From the NCBI GenBank assembly GCA_002104945.1, contig MCFH01000014.1, positions 434,001 to 498,000 of the forward strand: a stretch of 64,000 bases of DNA, in the 5' to 3' direction. The position numbers and the translations under genes were made by a program. The notes under the pieces are model-generated. The model searched no databases. It was given only the letters and a program-made list of their open reading frames with translations, and was not told where the DNA came from. Source of the DNA: Piromyces finnis finn (taxonomy: Eukaryota; Fungi; Neocallimastigomycota). This document shows, piece by piece, positions 60,878-64,000 of this stretch (positions are counted from its first letter, which is position 1; each line of letters opens with the position of its first letter).

Positions 60878-62966
60878 ATGGCAACAAAACAGTCTTCCAA
60901 TGGAACAAATATATCGGAAACCCAAAATGAAACAAATTTAAATGGAGCAGCAACTAATACCACAAATAATGCTAACATGACCAATAATCAAACCAATATT
61001 CCTAATAATAATGAACAAAAAAATGTTAAGAGTGAAAGCGAAGCTTTAGTTTTAAATAAATTTTCTTTATACGAAACTAAAACGGTAAAAAGCAATGAAT
61101 ATATTTTAAGTATTTAATAATTATTATTAATTGAAAAATGTTTAAATATTTTTATTCAAAATAATTATTATCTTCATTATATTTTTGTTGGTATTGAATT
61201 AAATAAAAATATAAATAAAATAAATTTAGAGATTTTATATTCTTGGAACAAATCAAAATGAGGAAAAATATAGAGTATTAAAAATAGATAGAACTGTTCC
61301 AGAAGAACTTATAATAACGGATGATGATGTTATCTATTCAAAGCAAGAAATTATTCAATTATTGGCTATGATTGAAGATGGAAATAAAATTTCTGGAGGT
61401 TTACATAGAATTGCAAGATTTTTTGGTATTATAGGTAAACTAATTTTAAACTTTGATATAATTTAATTTATTCCCTCTCTTTTCTATTATTATTTCTTTA
61501 ATATAATATATACAATATATATTAAATGAACTATTTAAAAAAAAAAAAAAAACGAAGATAAATATTTTAAAATGAATAAAAATTATTTTATTATTATTTA
61601 TTCAATATATTTATTTACGAAATATATAAAGGTTTTATAAAATTTCTTGAAGGTTATTATATGATTATTATTACAAAAAGAAGCGCAGTAGCATTGTTAG
61701 GTGGTCATTATATATATCATATTGATGATACATTATTAATTAGTATACCAGGACAAGGTGTAAAATTTGATAAAAAACAAAATGAAGCAAAGTATGATGA
61801 TATTACGGTTTTTTTTTTTTTAAATATACATTTATGAAAAAAAAAAATTTGAATTATATATAATATTTTATAATATTTTATTTATATTTTATTTTTATAT
61901 ATTATTTTCTCTAATATTATATAAAATATTTAAATGGATAAATATACTATTTATAATTTAGATATTTACAAATATTTTCACAAGTCGATCTTACCAAAAA
62001 TTGTTATTTTAGTTACACTTATGATATAACATGTTCTCTTCAACATAATTTAAGTCGTAAACCAGGACGTCAAAACTTTTTACAAAATGAAATGTTTATA
62101 TGGAATCATTATTTATTAAAAAATGGATTTAAATCATTTAAATCATCATGGGTATTACCAATCATTCATGGTTTTGTAGATCAATCTAGTAAGTGTAGGA
62201 ATATATAAGTAATATAATTATATTTAAAATAAAGAGTAGCTATTGATATTAGATATATAAACTAAATACCTTTTTAATGCTCTATTTAAAAAATAAAAAA
62301 TAATAAATAGAAATTTCAATATATGGTCATATAGTAAATGTTACATTAATTGCTAGACGGTCAAGGCATTTTGCTGGTGCTCGTTTTTTAAAACGTGGTG
62401 TGAATGATGAAGTGAGAGAAAATTATAAGATTGTTTTTTAAGATAACATAGAATTGAAAAAAAAAAAAATTTTCTTTTGTTAAATTATTTATTATTATGT
62501 CATTCTTCATATTTTTTAATGTATAGGGTTATGTTGCAAATGATGTAGAAACAGAACAAATTGTACATGATGCTAAAACTACATCTTTTTATTTACCTCC
62601 CGGTCGTTATGGTAATAAACCTGCATTTACATCATTTTTGCAACATAGAGGTTCTATTCCATTATATTGGTCGCAAGATACTTCGACAATGGCTCCTAAA
62701 CCTCCAATTCATAGTAACTATACATGTTATTTATTATTAAATAAAGGAATGATGTAAAAAAGTATTATAATAGATTTATGGTATTAATTAAAATCATTAT
62801 ATATAAATAGTTAATGTGGTTGATCCATATTATTCTGCAGCAGCATTACATTTTGATAATATGTTTAAACGTTATGGCTTTCCAATTATTGTATTGAATT
62901 TAGTAAAAGTATAATCAACATTTATAAATAGTGATATAAATAAAATTATTTAAAATTCGTATTAAT

Positions 62967-63013
<47 letters not shown>

Positions 63014-64000
63014 TAGACAAAAGAAAAAACAAAAAGAGAATCTATTTTATTGGATGAATTTACTCAAGCAGTATCATATTTAAATCAAACATTACCTCAA
63101 TCTAAGCAAATTAAATATATTGCATGGGATATGGCAAGAGCTTCTAAAAGGTAAATAATTAAATAATAATAATAAAAAAATTATATATTTTTATAATATT
63201 AATCCAATAGAATTATTTAATCATTTTAATATTTGTTATACATTTTTATTTTTATGATAATTAATATATTTAAATGTATTTTTATTTTTTAATTAGTGAG
63301 GATCAGGATGTTATTGGCGTATTGGAAGATATCGCAGAATACGTAATAAATACAACAGGATTTTTCCATAGTGGTGCAGAATCAACAATAAATGCTATGA
63401 GAAAATCAGGGTAAATACTTTTTTTTTTTTTCAAGTAAATGTATATACTTTTTTTTTTTTTTTAATTAAATTCATAATTAATAAATATACATTATACATA
63501 TTTTAAATAAATTAGATTAAATACTCCAGTAAATTTGATTAAACCAACTCTAATTAGAAGACAAACGGGTGTAGTTAGAACTAATTGTGTAGATTGTCTT
63601 GACAGAACTAATGCTGCGCAATTTGTTATAGGGAAATGTGCATTGGCTCATCAAGTAAATGAATTGAAAATAGATATATCTTAACAAATGATAAATTATA
63701 TTACAATTTTTTGTCATTATGAGCTTTTAAATATATCTTTCACCTAAAAAATATCTAGATACAATTTTAGTAATATAAATTTTTTATTTCATTTATATTT
63801 CTTATAGTTATATGCTCTTGGTATTCTTACACATCCATCTTTACCATTTGATACAGATGCAGTAAATTTATTAAATGCTATGTATCATGATCATGGTGAT
63901 ACTATCGCTTTACAATATGGTGGTTCTCATCTTGTCAATACTATGGAAACCTATAGAAAAATTGCACCTTGGACTTCACATTCAAGAGATATGATTGAAA
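60878..64000 (+). CDS. FIG4: SAC-domain polyphosphoinositide phosphatase Fig4/Sac3, multi-exon, truncated by window end
   Basis: LYETKT|[60 protein letters not shown], catalytic [12 protein letters not shown], and [23 protein letters not shown]. Confidence 0.95.

Overview
Very AT-rich, intron-rich eukaryotic DNA, most consistent with an anaerobic gut fungus (Neocallimastigomycota). That assignment is inferred from the AT content, short AT-rich introns, a centriolar CEP44 gene and a presequence-bearing Cpn60. I reconstructed about 17 mostly multi-exon genes by hand, many fragmented or missed in the ORF track: a BMT2-like 5' fragment, a PNPOx-like FMN-binding protein, an AMSH-type JAMM deubiquitinase, CEP44, an Irc21-like cytochrome b5, dolichyl-diphosphatase, eIF3j, transketolase, a GPI-type CE4 deacetylase, two tandem rhomboids, Hsp60, a large repeat-rich HExxH metallopeptidase, a USP-domain protein, TMEM234, URM1, URB2 and FIG4 (partial). 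Two observations stand out. (1) The last URB2 intron is a minor-spliceosome (U12) AT-AC intron whose branch site is separated from its 3' splice site by a 76-copy (ATTTT)n expansion. (2) A ~555-bp tRNA-Ala(AGC)-derived SINE-like retroposon has a B-box, a poly(A) tail and an 11-12 bp target-site duplication. All homology calls come from motif recognition by eye, not database searches; exon coordinates are manual.
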